DNA from: the human T2T-CHM13v2.0 reference genome, Homo sapiens
Assembly: GCF_009914755.1 (NCBI RefSeq)
Contig: NC_060941.1
Direction: 5' to 3' (one strand)
Length of the DNA: 64,000 nucleotides
In this document: one piece after another, positions 43,608 to 54,616 of the stretch
Numbering within the stretch: the first letter of the stretch is position 1
Layout of the letters: each line of letters opens with the position of its first letter
The notes under the pieces: model-generated
Databases searched by the model: none
What the model was told of the DNA's origin: nothing
What the model saw: the letters and a program-made list of their open reading frames with translations, nothing else
Program-made: the position numbers and the translations under genes

Positions 43608-44729
43608 AAGGTTTTTATGATACTAGAGTCTTCGTGTCTGTTTTGGGGGGGCATATGAGTGAGGTGGGGGACCAGGCAGGGGGACTGGCGGGCTCCCTGG
43701 TCCAGCAGCAGTGGGTATGGCATATTGGTCCTGAAACCAGGCGTTGAGAGGTGGGACCAGGCAGGAGCCAATGGGGCGGCTGAGCTTGGTGTGAAGTCAA
43801 GTGGGTGGGGGTGGGGCTTCATGCCATTGACTGGTTGGTTGCTAGGCAACTTGGTAAACTGAAGGGGGAAACCTGTTTGAAATCTCACTCCCAAGGTGGG
43901 GGCGGCAGGGGTCAGGGTGAGCGGGGCTGAGCAGGAGCTGGGTCAGACTGTTGGGTGTGACCGTGTGAGACTGTGCAGACAGTGACAGGGCGCCTGTCGC
44001 CCACACTCCACACTGTTTGCCATTCTCCAGCAGCATGGGGACCATTACTCAGCTCTGAGGGGAGCAGGAGCACTCTCCTCCGCTCCCCGGGGCTCCCCAG
44101 GAGGCAGACAACCCAGTTGCCAGAGTCAAGGACACACATAAAAGAGTAAAGGTGTTGAAAAATACAGTCGTCACCTTTGATATTGCTGTTCCATGCGGGG
44201 CGCGGCGAGGGTCTTATTCATTCAGCGGCTGTCGCTGGGCTTGTTTCTCCATTTGTCTGCTCTGTCTTTGGGGGTGGGGGACGAGTGTGTCATTTGAAGC
44301 AGTGACTCCTCCCTCCTCCCCCCAACACCTTCCCAAACACTGAGAATGGGGGGACTTTGAAGAAATACTGCCAGCAGGGGATGTGATTTTGGACCTCACA
44401 ATCAAAGGGAAGGGACGAAAGGCCTGGGGAGGCTTGAGAGGGAGAGGAATGTCACCCCTGCCCAGAGGTGCTGAAAGCCAGGGCTCTTACACCCGAAAAG
44501 GCAACTCCTCCCTTCCCCCAGGATAATTGGAAACAGCCCTTCCTGCGCAGCGCCGGTTTGGGGTTGTAGGTACGCCCCTTCTTCTCCCAGCCCCGCTTCT
44601 CCCCCCAGCCATCTAGGAAAGACCCAAGTGTATCCCCTAAACTCTTGTTTTTCACTAACCCCCAGGTAACAACAGCACTTGGTCCATGGAGCAGTGACAA
44701 AAGAGACCCCAAGAGTGGGAGGTGCGCAG

Positions 44730-44920
44730 CCTGGGTTTGGTTTCTAGCTTTATCCCAGACTTCCTGTGTGACCTTGGGCAAGTCACGGGGCCTCCCTGAG
44801 CCTCAGTTTCCTCATCTCTGCAATGGGATCGTTAGCTCTGCCCCTCCCACTTCACACAGGTAGTCGTGACGATCAGCTCCGCCGCACTTTGTAAAGCGCC
44901 AAGCCTTCAAGGTTATTATT
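44730..44920. mobile_element. MIR element (another at about 46780-46930)
   Basis: MIR core TGTGTGACCTTGGGCAAGTCAC...CCTGAGCCTCAGTTTCCTCATCT. Confidence 0.85.
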
Positions 44921-46270
44921 ATTCTCTCCAAACCTGCCGGGAGCAGCGGTGTTGTTTTGGGATGGAGGAGGAGGCTGCGGGAGCGAAAGGGGTGGGTTCC
45001 TCGGGGTGGAGAGGGCGAGAGCCTTTCTGGATTCGAGAGAGGAAGATTCCAGCAGCTTGGGCGATCGGAGGGCAGGAGGGGAGCCGGGCAGAACTCAGCC
45101 GGAGCCAGAGGCTCGGAGAGACAAAGGGGGCGTGACAGCCCGCGCCGGGGGCTGAGGCGGGGCGGCGGGCGGGAGGTGCGCGAGGTGAGGGAGGTGTGGG
45201 GGGCGTGGGCCGCGGGATGCTGCCGCCCGCTCCGCCTCGAGCTCCAGCTCCGGTTTTTCCCTCCACCATCCTCTGCCCCTCCCCGCCTCTCCTTTAACTC
45301 CCCCCTCCTGGGCTCGGGACTGGTTTCCTCCCTTAGCCCGCTGCCCTCAATCCCAGCGAGGCTGGGGCTCCGGCTCGGCGCCCCCTTCCTCGCTCCCTGG
45401 TCCGGCGCCCCATGCCGCCCCCGCCCGGTCCCCGGCTCCCCCAGTCCCCCACTTAGGCGGGCTCACAGATCCCGGGGTGCTGGCGCGTGGGCCGGGGGCG
45501 CGTAGGGCGCCTGCAGACGGCCCCTGGAAGGGCTCTGGTGGGGCTGAGCGCTCTGCCGCGGGGGCGCGGGCACAGCAGGAAGCAGGTCCGCGTGGGCGCT
45601 GGGGGCATCAGCTACCGGGGTGGTCCGGGCTGAAGAGCCAGGCAGCCAAGGCAGCCACCCCGGGGGGTGGGCGACTTTGGGGGAGTTGGTGCCCCGCCCC
45701 CCAGGCCTTGGCGGGGTCATGGGGCCCCCCCATTCTGGGCCGGGGGGCGTGCGAGTCGGGGCCCTGCTGCTGCTGGGGGTTTTGGGGCTGGTGTCTGGGC
45801 TCAGCCTGGAGCCTGTCTACTGGAACTCGGCGAATAAGAGGTGAGTGGCCTGCGGCTGGGGAGATCCCAGACCCTAGGGCAGTGGGTAGGGAAGCTCTGG
45901 GGGCTTGGAGGCGGGCTTCTGTGGGCAGGGAGGAGGCGGGAGGGAAGGTGCTGGTGCTCTGATGTGTGATGGGTTACTAGACAGGTGATCTTGGGAGCCA
46001 GACTCCGGGTCCCACGCAGAGCTGGATGCGGGTGGTGCTATGGATGTCAGGAGTTTGGAGACCCCAAAGGGGCAAGGAGAAGAAAGTTCATGGGTAGCCG
46101 GGAGGGCAGTGAGGTGGGTATTTGGATCTGTGGGAGGCCTGCGTCGGGGGCTGGGCTTGGAGGGAGCCTGGTTACTGTCAGCTCTCAGGAGAGAGCTGCA
46201 GATTAGGTGCTGCGAGTCGCTGAGGGGAAGGCAGGGCAGGGTGCCTCCCTCCCCCAGAGGGACTGCGCAT
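44880..46270 (+). promoter_or_regulatory. EFNB3: EFNB3 CpG-island promoter and 5' UTR (TSS about 45300-45330)
   Basis: GC/CpG-rich, several GGGCGG boxes and G-tracts at 45140-45215. Confidence 0.88.
45719..45840 (+). CDS. EFNB3: Ephrin-B3 exon 1 (signal peptide MGPPHSGPGGVRVGALLLLGVLGLVSG, then LSLEPVYWNSANKR)
   Basis: GTCATGG Kozak; AAGAG|gtgagt; 122 nt. Confidence 0.98.
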
Positions 46271-47762
46271 CCGAGATGGGAGGCAAGGGGGTTCCGTTTG
46301 GGGGCTCTGGGGACAACTTCCCCAAGGCTCCTTGACTCTCTTCACAGTCTGTCTCCCAACTCTTCCCCACAGCCAGAGGGTCAGTGAACTGTTGGCTGAA
46401 CGATTTCCCAGCCAGAACATATTCCTGCCTTCCTGGCTTGCCGGCATCTTGCTGGAAGAAGCCTGGAGCCCCCTGAACCCTCCTTCCTTCCCTTTTGCAT
46501 CTGGAGGACTCCATTGCCCCCTCCCCCAATCTTTGCTGCAAACTCTTCCATCAGACCCTCTGTTCCATGGCATGCCAGCTTTGCTCTGAAAAGAGGCCAG
46601 GGGTCAGATGAAACTTCAAGCCACGCTGGGTAGGACAGAACCTTCGGGAGGTCACCTGGGTCCCTTGCCTACATGCGGATCCCACTTCCCGCTCATAAAA
46701 GAGTTCTGTGTTTTGAAAAATTCCTACTTCCCTGGGGAGACTGTGTGAGGCCATGGGAAGGGGGTGGGCTTTGGAGCTCATCAAATCTTTGGTCTTAATC
46801 CTAGCTCTGCCGCTTTCAGCTGTGTGGCCTTGGGCATGTCACTTAACCTTTCTGAGTTTGTATCCTCAATCCTTACAGCTATTATGAGGATTAGCGGTAA
46901 GGTGTTTGAATGTATTATGTGCTCATTAAAGGAGAGCTAGGATTATTGTTCCTCTCTTTACTTCCCAGCCTCCCTCACACTTCTCTGCTCTGCCATCCCT
47001 CCCTCTCTTTTCCCTGGATCTCTTTGGGTATAATCTCAATGTCTTTTCTGTACTCAGTCACCCACCTGCCAACTCCCAGCTGCAATGTGAGTATCAGGTG
47101 TGTAGCTTGAGAACATAAGCTTGTTTTCACAGGGTAGAGAAAAGGGAGTTAGGGTGTCCTGGGGGCTCTTTCGGATGTGGGGTGGGAGTGGGACACTTGG
47201 GAGTCTGGGAAGATATCAAGTAGCAGTCCCCTGGGACCCAGTCCTGAGACCCTGTCTCAGCAGCTATTGATGTCCAGGAAGGGGCTGCAGGGGTTGGCAA
47301 GTTGTGGCTGTGCTGGGACAGTGGATGCCTGGGTGCACTGGCCAAGGAGATGGTGAAGTGTGTTGGTTGTGGTTAGAAAAGTCAACTCCTTTCCTTTCCA
47401 AAGCAATAGAGCACTTGCCCCAGAAGTCTAAGACCCAGTGTGGGATTCTGAGTGGGAGAATGACTCAGGCAGCAGGTTCCTAGACCCTGGTTCCCATCAG
47501 CCCCAATGATGGTCGTGGCCAAACCAGGCATTTGCCTTCTGTGCTATTAGCTGGCTAACTTAGGACACTGGTCTGGACCACCCTCCACACAGCCCCTCCC
47601 TGAACCGCCGCCCCCTTTGCCCGGAAATCCCTGAAATTCAGTGGTGGCCTGAAGGAGGGGAGGCTCTGCCCGCATGGTTGGCTGCCATGGAATAGTGAAA
47701 TCACCTGGGAGGGGTGGGCTGTGTGGTTCCAGAGAGGCCAGCTCCTTGGTAACTGGCATCCT

Positions 47763-47776
47763 GTTGCCATGGCAAC
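47763..47776. promoter_or_regulatory. Perfect palindromic RFX X-box GTTGCCATGGCAAC in EFNB3 intron 1
   Basis: Exact 14-bp consensus, with degenerate copies at 47681 and 47740. Confidence 0.85.
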
Positions 47777-48077
47777 GGGGCTGGTGATGGAGCGGGAGAT
47801 GGCGGTGTGCATGTGGTGAGGGCGGGCTGAAGAGTGGAGTGCATTTGGGCACACCAAGGGGCAGGAGACCCCTGAGCCTGGCTTCCTGCTGCTTCCAATG
47901 TGAATGCACAGAGTCCTTGGTGCCTGCTCTATAAGAAGAGACTTTCCACTCAGACAAAGGCGGGCAAGCGTGAGCTGAGAATTGCTGTCCTGGAAGGTTG
48001 TGGGGTGAGGGAAGGAAAGTTCTGGGGGCCAGGCCTCTGACATCTCTTCCTTGTCCACCTTACCCTCCTCCCCATAG

Positions 48078-48370
48078 GTTCCAGGCAGAGGGTGGTTATG
48101 TGCTGTACCCTCAGATCGGGGACCGGCTAGACCTGCTCTGCCCCCGGGCCCGGCCTCCTGGCCCTCACTCCTCTCCTAATTATGAGTTCTACAAGCTGTA
48201 CCTGGTAGGGGGTGCTCAGGGCCGGCGCTGTGAGGCACCCCCTGCCCCAAACCTCCTTCTCACTTGTGATCGCCCAGACCTGGATCTCCGCTTCACCATC
48301 AAGTTCCAGGAGTATAGCCCTAATCTCTGGGGCCACGAGTTCCGCTCGCACCACGATTACTACATCATTG
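48078..48370 (+). CDS. EFNB3: Ephrin-B3 exon 2 (receptor-binding domain, G-H loop YSPNLWGH)
   Basis: ORF track; 293 nt; GT/AG. Confidence 0.98.
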
Positions 48371-48554
48371 GTACTGCTGGGCAGAGGGCACGATTGAGTG
48401 GGGGGCTCCTGATACTGAGCAGAGAGGGAGGGGGACCCCTGCAGCCAAGAGGGAGATCCCAGTGCCCTCAGGCAGTGTTCACACCAGGGTGTGGGGCCAG
48501 AATCAGGGCTAGATTCTGGAGTGCCAACCTCTTCCTCTGGCTTTTCTCTCCCAG

Positions 48555-48647
48555 CCACATCGGATGGGACCCGGGAGGGCCTGGAGAGCCTGCAGGGAGG
48601 TGTGTGCCTAACCAGAGGCATGAAGGTGCTTCTCCGAGTGGGACAAA
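48555..48647 (+). CDS. EFNB3: Ephrin-B3 exon 3
   Basis: TSDGTREGLESLQGGVCLTRGMKVLLRVGQ; 93 nt. Confidence 0.98.
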
Positions 48648-48754
48648 GTGAGTGGGGCTGGGGGACACCTCCTGGGCACGAAGGGACGTTGGGGCAGTAC
48701 GATCATGGTTGGGGCAGTTGTCTCAGCCCCTCTCTGGGTCTTCCTCATCTCCAG

Positions 48755-48859
48755 GTCCCCGAGGAGGGGCTGTCCCCCGAAAACCTGTGTCTGAAATGCC
48801 CATGGAAAGAGACCGAGGGGCAGCCCACAGCCTGGAGCCTGGGAAGGAGAACCTGCCAG
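48755..48859 (+). CDS. EFNB3: Ephrin-B3 exon 4
   Basis: PRGGAVPRKPVSEMPMERDRGAAHSLEPGKENLP; 105 nt. Confidence 0.98.
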
Positions 48860-49286
48860 GTAGGAACCAGGGGCTAGGCCCCTGCCTTCCCCAGCTTCCT
48901 CTGCTCTCAGACCCCAGCTGCCCTGCCGTCACCCTCCCTCCCTCTTCAGTTTTGGGGGCGGTGATACAGGAAAGAGGAGAAGAGAGGATGGGAGGGTGGG
49001 AGGGGAATGGAAACCAAATGAGGAAAAGACTCAATTAGAACTAATTAGCCAAGTCAGTGCTTCAATCAGTGCTGTCAGAGAAGTGGGGAGGACTCCGTGG
49101 CAGGAAGCTGAAGGGCTGGACACCTGGATTCTGAGCAGAGTTCGGAGGGGGAGGAGAGATGGGGTCCCCAAGGGGCCTGGGCGCTACAAGGGAAGCCCAT
49201 GGGGACCCCCAGGGTTGGGTGTCCAGGTGCCCAGGTGGCTCCTTCAGTCCCTCCCCCTCTTTCCTCCTTCACCCCTTCCCTGCCAG

Positions 49287-49696
49287 GTGACCCCACCAGC
49301 AATGCAACCTCCCGGGGTGCTGAAGGCCCCCTGCCCCCTCCCAGCATGCCTGCAGTGGCTGGGGCAGCAGGGGGGCTGGCGCTGCTCTTGCTGGGCGTGG
49401 CAGGGGCTGGGGGTGCCATGTGTTGGCGGAGACGGCGGGCCAAGCCTTCGGAGAGTCGCCACCCTGGTCCTGGCTCCTTCGGGAGGGGAGGGTCTCTGGG
49501 CCTGGGGGGTGGAGGTGGGATGGGACCTCGGGAGGCTGAGCCTGGGGAGCTAGGGATAGCTCTGCGGGGTGGCGGGGCTGCAGATCCCCCCTTCTGCCCC
49601 CACTATGAGAAGGTGAGTGGTGACTATGGGCATCCTGTGTATATCGTGCAGGATGGGCCCCCCCAGAGCCCTCCAAACATCTACTACAAGGTATGA
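49287..49696 (+). CDS. EFNB3: Ephrin-B3 exon 5 coding part (TM helix, cytoplasmic tail, PDZ-binding YYKV*)
   Basis: 410 nt; exons sum to 1023 nt = 340 aa + TGA. Confidence 0.98.
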
Positions 49697-51495
49697 GGGC
49701 TCCTCTCACGTGGCTATCCTGAATCCAGCCCTTCTTGGGGTGCTCCTCCAGTTTAATTCCTGGTTTGAGGGACACCTCTAACATCTCGGCCCCCTGTGCC
49801 CCCCCAGCCCCTTCACTCCTCCCGGCTGCTGTCCTCGTCTCCACTTTTAGGATTCCTTAGGATTCCCACTGCCCCACTTCCTGCCCTCCCGTTTGGCCAT
49901 GGGTGCCCCCCTCTGTCTCAGTGTCCCTGGATCCTTTTTCCTTGGGGAGGGGCACAGGCTCAGCCTCCTCTCTGACCATGACCCAGGCATCCTTGTCCCC
50001 CTCACCCACCCAGAGCTAGGGGCGGGAACAGCCCACCTTTTGGTTGGCACCGCCTTCTTTCTGCCTCTCACTGGTTTTCTCTTCTCTATCTCTTATTCTT
50101 TCCCTCTCTTCCGTCTCTAGGTCTGTTCTTCTTCCCTAGCATCCTCCTCCCCACATCTCCTTTCACCCTCTTGGCTTCTTATCCTGTGCCTCTCCCATCT
50201 CCTGGGTGGGGGCATCAAAGCATTTCTCCCCTTAGCTTTCAGCCCCCCTTCTGACCTCTCATACCAACCACTCCCCTCAGTCTGCCAAAAATGGGGGCCT
50301 TATGGGGAAGGCTCTGACACTCCACCCCAGCTCAGGCCATGGGCAGCAGGGCTCCATTCTCTGGCCTGGCCCAGGCCTCTACATACTTACTCCAGCCATT
50401 TGGGGTGGTTGGGTCATGACAGCTACCATGAGAAGAAGTGTCCCGTTTTGTCCAGTGGCCAATAGCAAGATATGAACCGGTCGGGACATGTATGGACTTG
50501 GTCTGATGCCGAATGGGCCACTTGGGACCGGAAGTGACTTGCTCCAGACAAGAGGTGACCAGGCCCAGACAGAAATGGCCTGGGAAGTAGCAGAAGCAGT
50601 GCAGCAGGAACTGGAAGTGCCTTCATCCAGGACAGGAAGTAGCACTTCTGAAACAGGAAGTGGTCTGGCTGGAACTCCAAGTGGCTTAGTCTGGGGGATC
50701 AGGAGGTGGGAGGTGGATGGTTCTTATTCTGTGGAGAAGAAGGGCGGGAAGAACTTCCTTTCAGGAGGAAGCTGGAACTTACTGACTGTAAGAGGTTAGA
50801 GGTGGACCGAGAAGGACTTTTCCCAGTCTTCAGTGGCACTTCCCAAGATCTCCCTTCCCTTGTGCTCTGTGCTGATTTTAGGACAGCTAAGATGACTGCC
50901 ATGTGCTGTGGCAGGCCTAATTTGTCTTGTTCTTTCCTTTCCATATCCCAGTATAATCTCTGTTAATCAACAGGACTACCCCAAGAACCCATGTGCTCTC
51001 CCGAGTAACCCAGATGGCTGTCTTGTTCATTCCATCCTACATTTCTGACTCCTTTCAGACTCAACACAGTTCCCTTCTTAGTGACCAAAATGGTGGCCTA
51101 CTGGCTGGTCTAGCTGACAGTGGTACTTAGCAAAGGCCACTGTTTCCATAGTGACCAGCTGATACCTCTTCCTGCCCTCTAGTGTGCAATTGGGTGTTGC
51201 CTCAGTTTCCTCCCAGCTCAGTTTTATTAGATCAAAGCTGTTGTTGGGCACCAGGTTGGCCACCTCAATCACCAGCCAAGATGGTTGCTTTGTCCACCAG
51301 AGGTCAAGTTCACCTCTCTGGTGCTGTAGTTCCCAGCTCCTTCCTGATTTTTCTAATCGCTCCTTCTGGGGAACAGGAAGTTGATATTGCCATGGTGGCG
51401 GGATATGCCGTCACCTCAGTAGTTTTACTGTAAAAGGGAAATTTGAACAACAAAAACCAAAAAAAATAAAAATAAAAAACTTCAAAAGTTGACAA
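49697..51495 (+). other. EFNB3: EFNB3 3' UTR (about 1.8 kb)
   Basis: From the stop codon to tandem AATAAA. Confidence 0.85.
51465..51476 (+). terminator. EFNB3: EFNB3 tandem poly(A) signals AATAAA AATAAA
   Basis: Read directly. Confidence 0.88.
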
Positions 51496-52415
51496 GAAGG
51501 CTGGAGAATGACTGGACTTGAATTGGGACAAAGGCTTGGTTAGAATGGCTTTCAGCTGAGGGTTGGATTGCATGAAACCAACCAAGGGGGGTGGGTAGGG
51601 ATAGGGCTAGTTTGGAGTGGTGAGGTTGGCAGTGCTTGGGGAGGCGAAAATGGGCTGGGCGAGAAGGCAGAGGAAGGTGTCACCTCTAGGGGAGGGAGAG
51701 AGTAATGCAGGCAGGAGTGGGGTCGCCAATTCATCCATGGGGACAGTCTGAGTGTCTTGCTAAGCCAAAGCACCAGAGACAGGGTAAGACGCAATTAGGA
51801 TCAAAGTGGTAAAAACATGTTCACATGTTAAAGTCTATTCCCTACCATCCCTACCCAAGGCACTTGAGAAGTTTTGCTGTTGGGGACTCATGGGGAGAAG
51901 GGATGTGGCTGATCAGAAGGAAGTAGGAAGGACTCAGGGAGGGATCCAGGCATCAAGCTGCGTGTGCCCTGGCTCCCTGTATACCCATAACCGAGGCTCT
52001 TCTCCCCCAAAAAGCCCAGGTGCCCAGTCCCCTAGACTTAGCCCCATTCTCCAACCACAAAAGCAGCCGTCAGGAGCATCACTGGAGCGAGTCAGCAGGG
52101 GTCACAACCTCTGCCCTCCCTGCCCCTCCCCTGACTTTAGGTCCCCTCCCGCTGTCTCCCATCTGCCTGGAGGTCAAGGGGTCCCTCTTCCTCTCTTCTG
52201 TCCAGTGGGACCCCTGCTCCTCCCCCTCCCCGTCTGAGCAAGATGCCTGGGTCTTGAGAGGTGCGGGCACCGCAGGACGGGAGTTGAAAGCTGGGAGGCC
52301 AGGTACTGGGCTGTCTGGAATTTACTCTTGCCTTCTGAGCCCACACTGGAGCTGCCCGAAGTGGGGAGGCTCGTAGGGGGTGGAAAGGCTGGTCCTTGCC
52401 CCTTAGTGGGGGTTG

Positions 52416-52556
52416 GTTGTCATGGCAACATCCCCTTCTCTACACAATGGGAAGCCCCCCTCAGCCTCCCGCGTGGATGGAGCCGACAGCCCCATCGCTG
52501 GCTATCAGCCTCAGGGACTTGGCAACCGTCACTATGGCAACCCAGAGCCCAGCAAC
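52416..52556. promoter_or_regulatory. RFX X-box cluster downstream of EFNB3
   Basis: GTTGTCATGGCAAC (52416-52429), GTCACTATGGCAAC (52528-52541), half-sites ending 52526 and 52556. Confidence 0.75.
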
Positions 52557-53069
52557 AGGGCCCACTGAGAAAGGGAGGGGTCCAAGACTGGGGCAGGGTG
52601 GTGTGTGAGGGGCAAGGGAGATCAGGGAGACTCCCCCTCCACCTACATCTAGAGGCACAGGTGGAGAGACAAGAGGGAAGAGACGTGGGGATAAATAGTC
52701 TCCGTGACAGACAAGCACCTCGCCAAAGCAGCCAAGACATCATAACATGCTGAGAGACAGGAAGACACCTGGGGACAGATGCACAGCCAGGGAGAGGAAC
52801 AGCACAGACTGCACAGCGCCTGGGACACGCCCCCTCAGAGCGCTGGCATCCAGAGACTCCCCGCAGCCCCGCTCGAATAGCACAAGACCAACAGCCTTTC
52901 ACATGTGTAGTGACTTGGGTGTCTGGAGCTATTTGAAAATGCTGGTGACTTCCACGCAGAATAACACAGGCCGTCCTATTTGCTTTGTGGGGACAAATAC
53001 ACACACATATTCCTAGAGTAACAACTGCAACAAAACAACTACAGCAAAACGACTACAGGCACAGGAAGA

Positions 53070-53820
<751 letters not shown>

Positions 53821-54240
53821 GCATGTTTCGGATGTGTCCTGTTCTTCCCTAGCCTCGGCCTGGAGGGGAGTAAGTCACTTAGGGTCTTGGATCCACATTA
53901 AGGAAGTTGATCTCACTCAGTCTCCCATCCCCTTGCCTTTTGTTTCTTGTGTGTCTGTGACTTGTGTTTTCCTCGTCTAAATTTTAAGCTCTGGGAGGGC
54001 AAGGATGATGCTCTGAGCTTTTTTGGGGGCTGTGGCACAGCTGCTGGCAGAGTCCAGAGCAGGAAGGCAGAGCGGAAGTAAAGGAACCGAGAGGGCTGGG
54101 ACCACAGAAGCTAGAGCTGTCGCCCTGCCATCCCCAAACCGCATAGGATTGAGGCTGTCTTGGGGCTGAGCTGTAGAGTAAAGCTCAGGCTTTGCCCTCC
54201 TTCCAAATAACGGCAGCTGAGGGATACTATTCAGCCCGAG

Positions 54241-54244
<4 letters not shown>

Positions 54245-54292
<48 letters not shown>
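54245..54292. repeat. (GT)24 microsatellite; the classic TP53CA LOH marker
   Basis: Flanks AGGGATACTATTCAGCCCGAGGTG and (reverse complement) ACTGCCACTCCTTGCCCCATTC match the p53CA primers as I recall them. Confidence 0.85.
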
Positions 54293-54293
<1 letters not shown>

Positions 54294-54340
54294 GGGGGTT
54301 TTTAGGGAAAGGGGAATGGGGCAAGGAGTGGCAGTGGGAA

Positions 54341-54616
54341 TTTCTTTTCTTTTTCTTTTCTTTTTCTTTTTTTTTGAGAAAGTCTCGCTCTGTGGCCCAG
54401 GCTGGAGTGCAGTGGTGCAATTCTCGTGCCTCAGCCTCCCGAGTAGCTGGGACTACAGGCATGTGCCACCACGCCCGGCTAATTTTTTGTATTTTTAGTA
54501 GAGATGGGGTTTCACCACATTGGCCAGGCTGGTCTTGAACTCCCGACCTCAGGTGATCCACCCACCTCAGCTTCCCAAAGTGCTGGAATTACAGGTGTGA
54601 GCCACTGTGCCTGGCC
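54341..54616 (-). mobile_element. Alu with a small internal deletion
   Basis: GTGGTGCAA|TTCTCGTGCC junction; TSD GCAGTGGGAATTTCT. Confidence 0.9.

Noticed and set aside
44957-46573. Long GC-rich ORFs on both strands around the EFNB3 and DNAH2 (56979-57921) CpG islands
   Set aside because: Low-complexity Pro/Gly/Arg products explained by stop-codon scarcity
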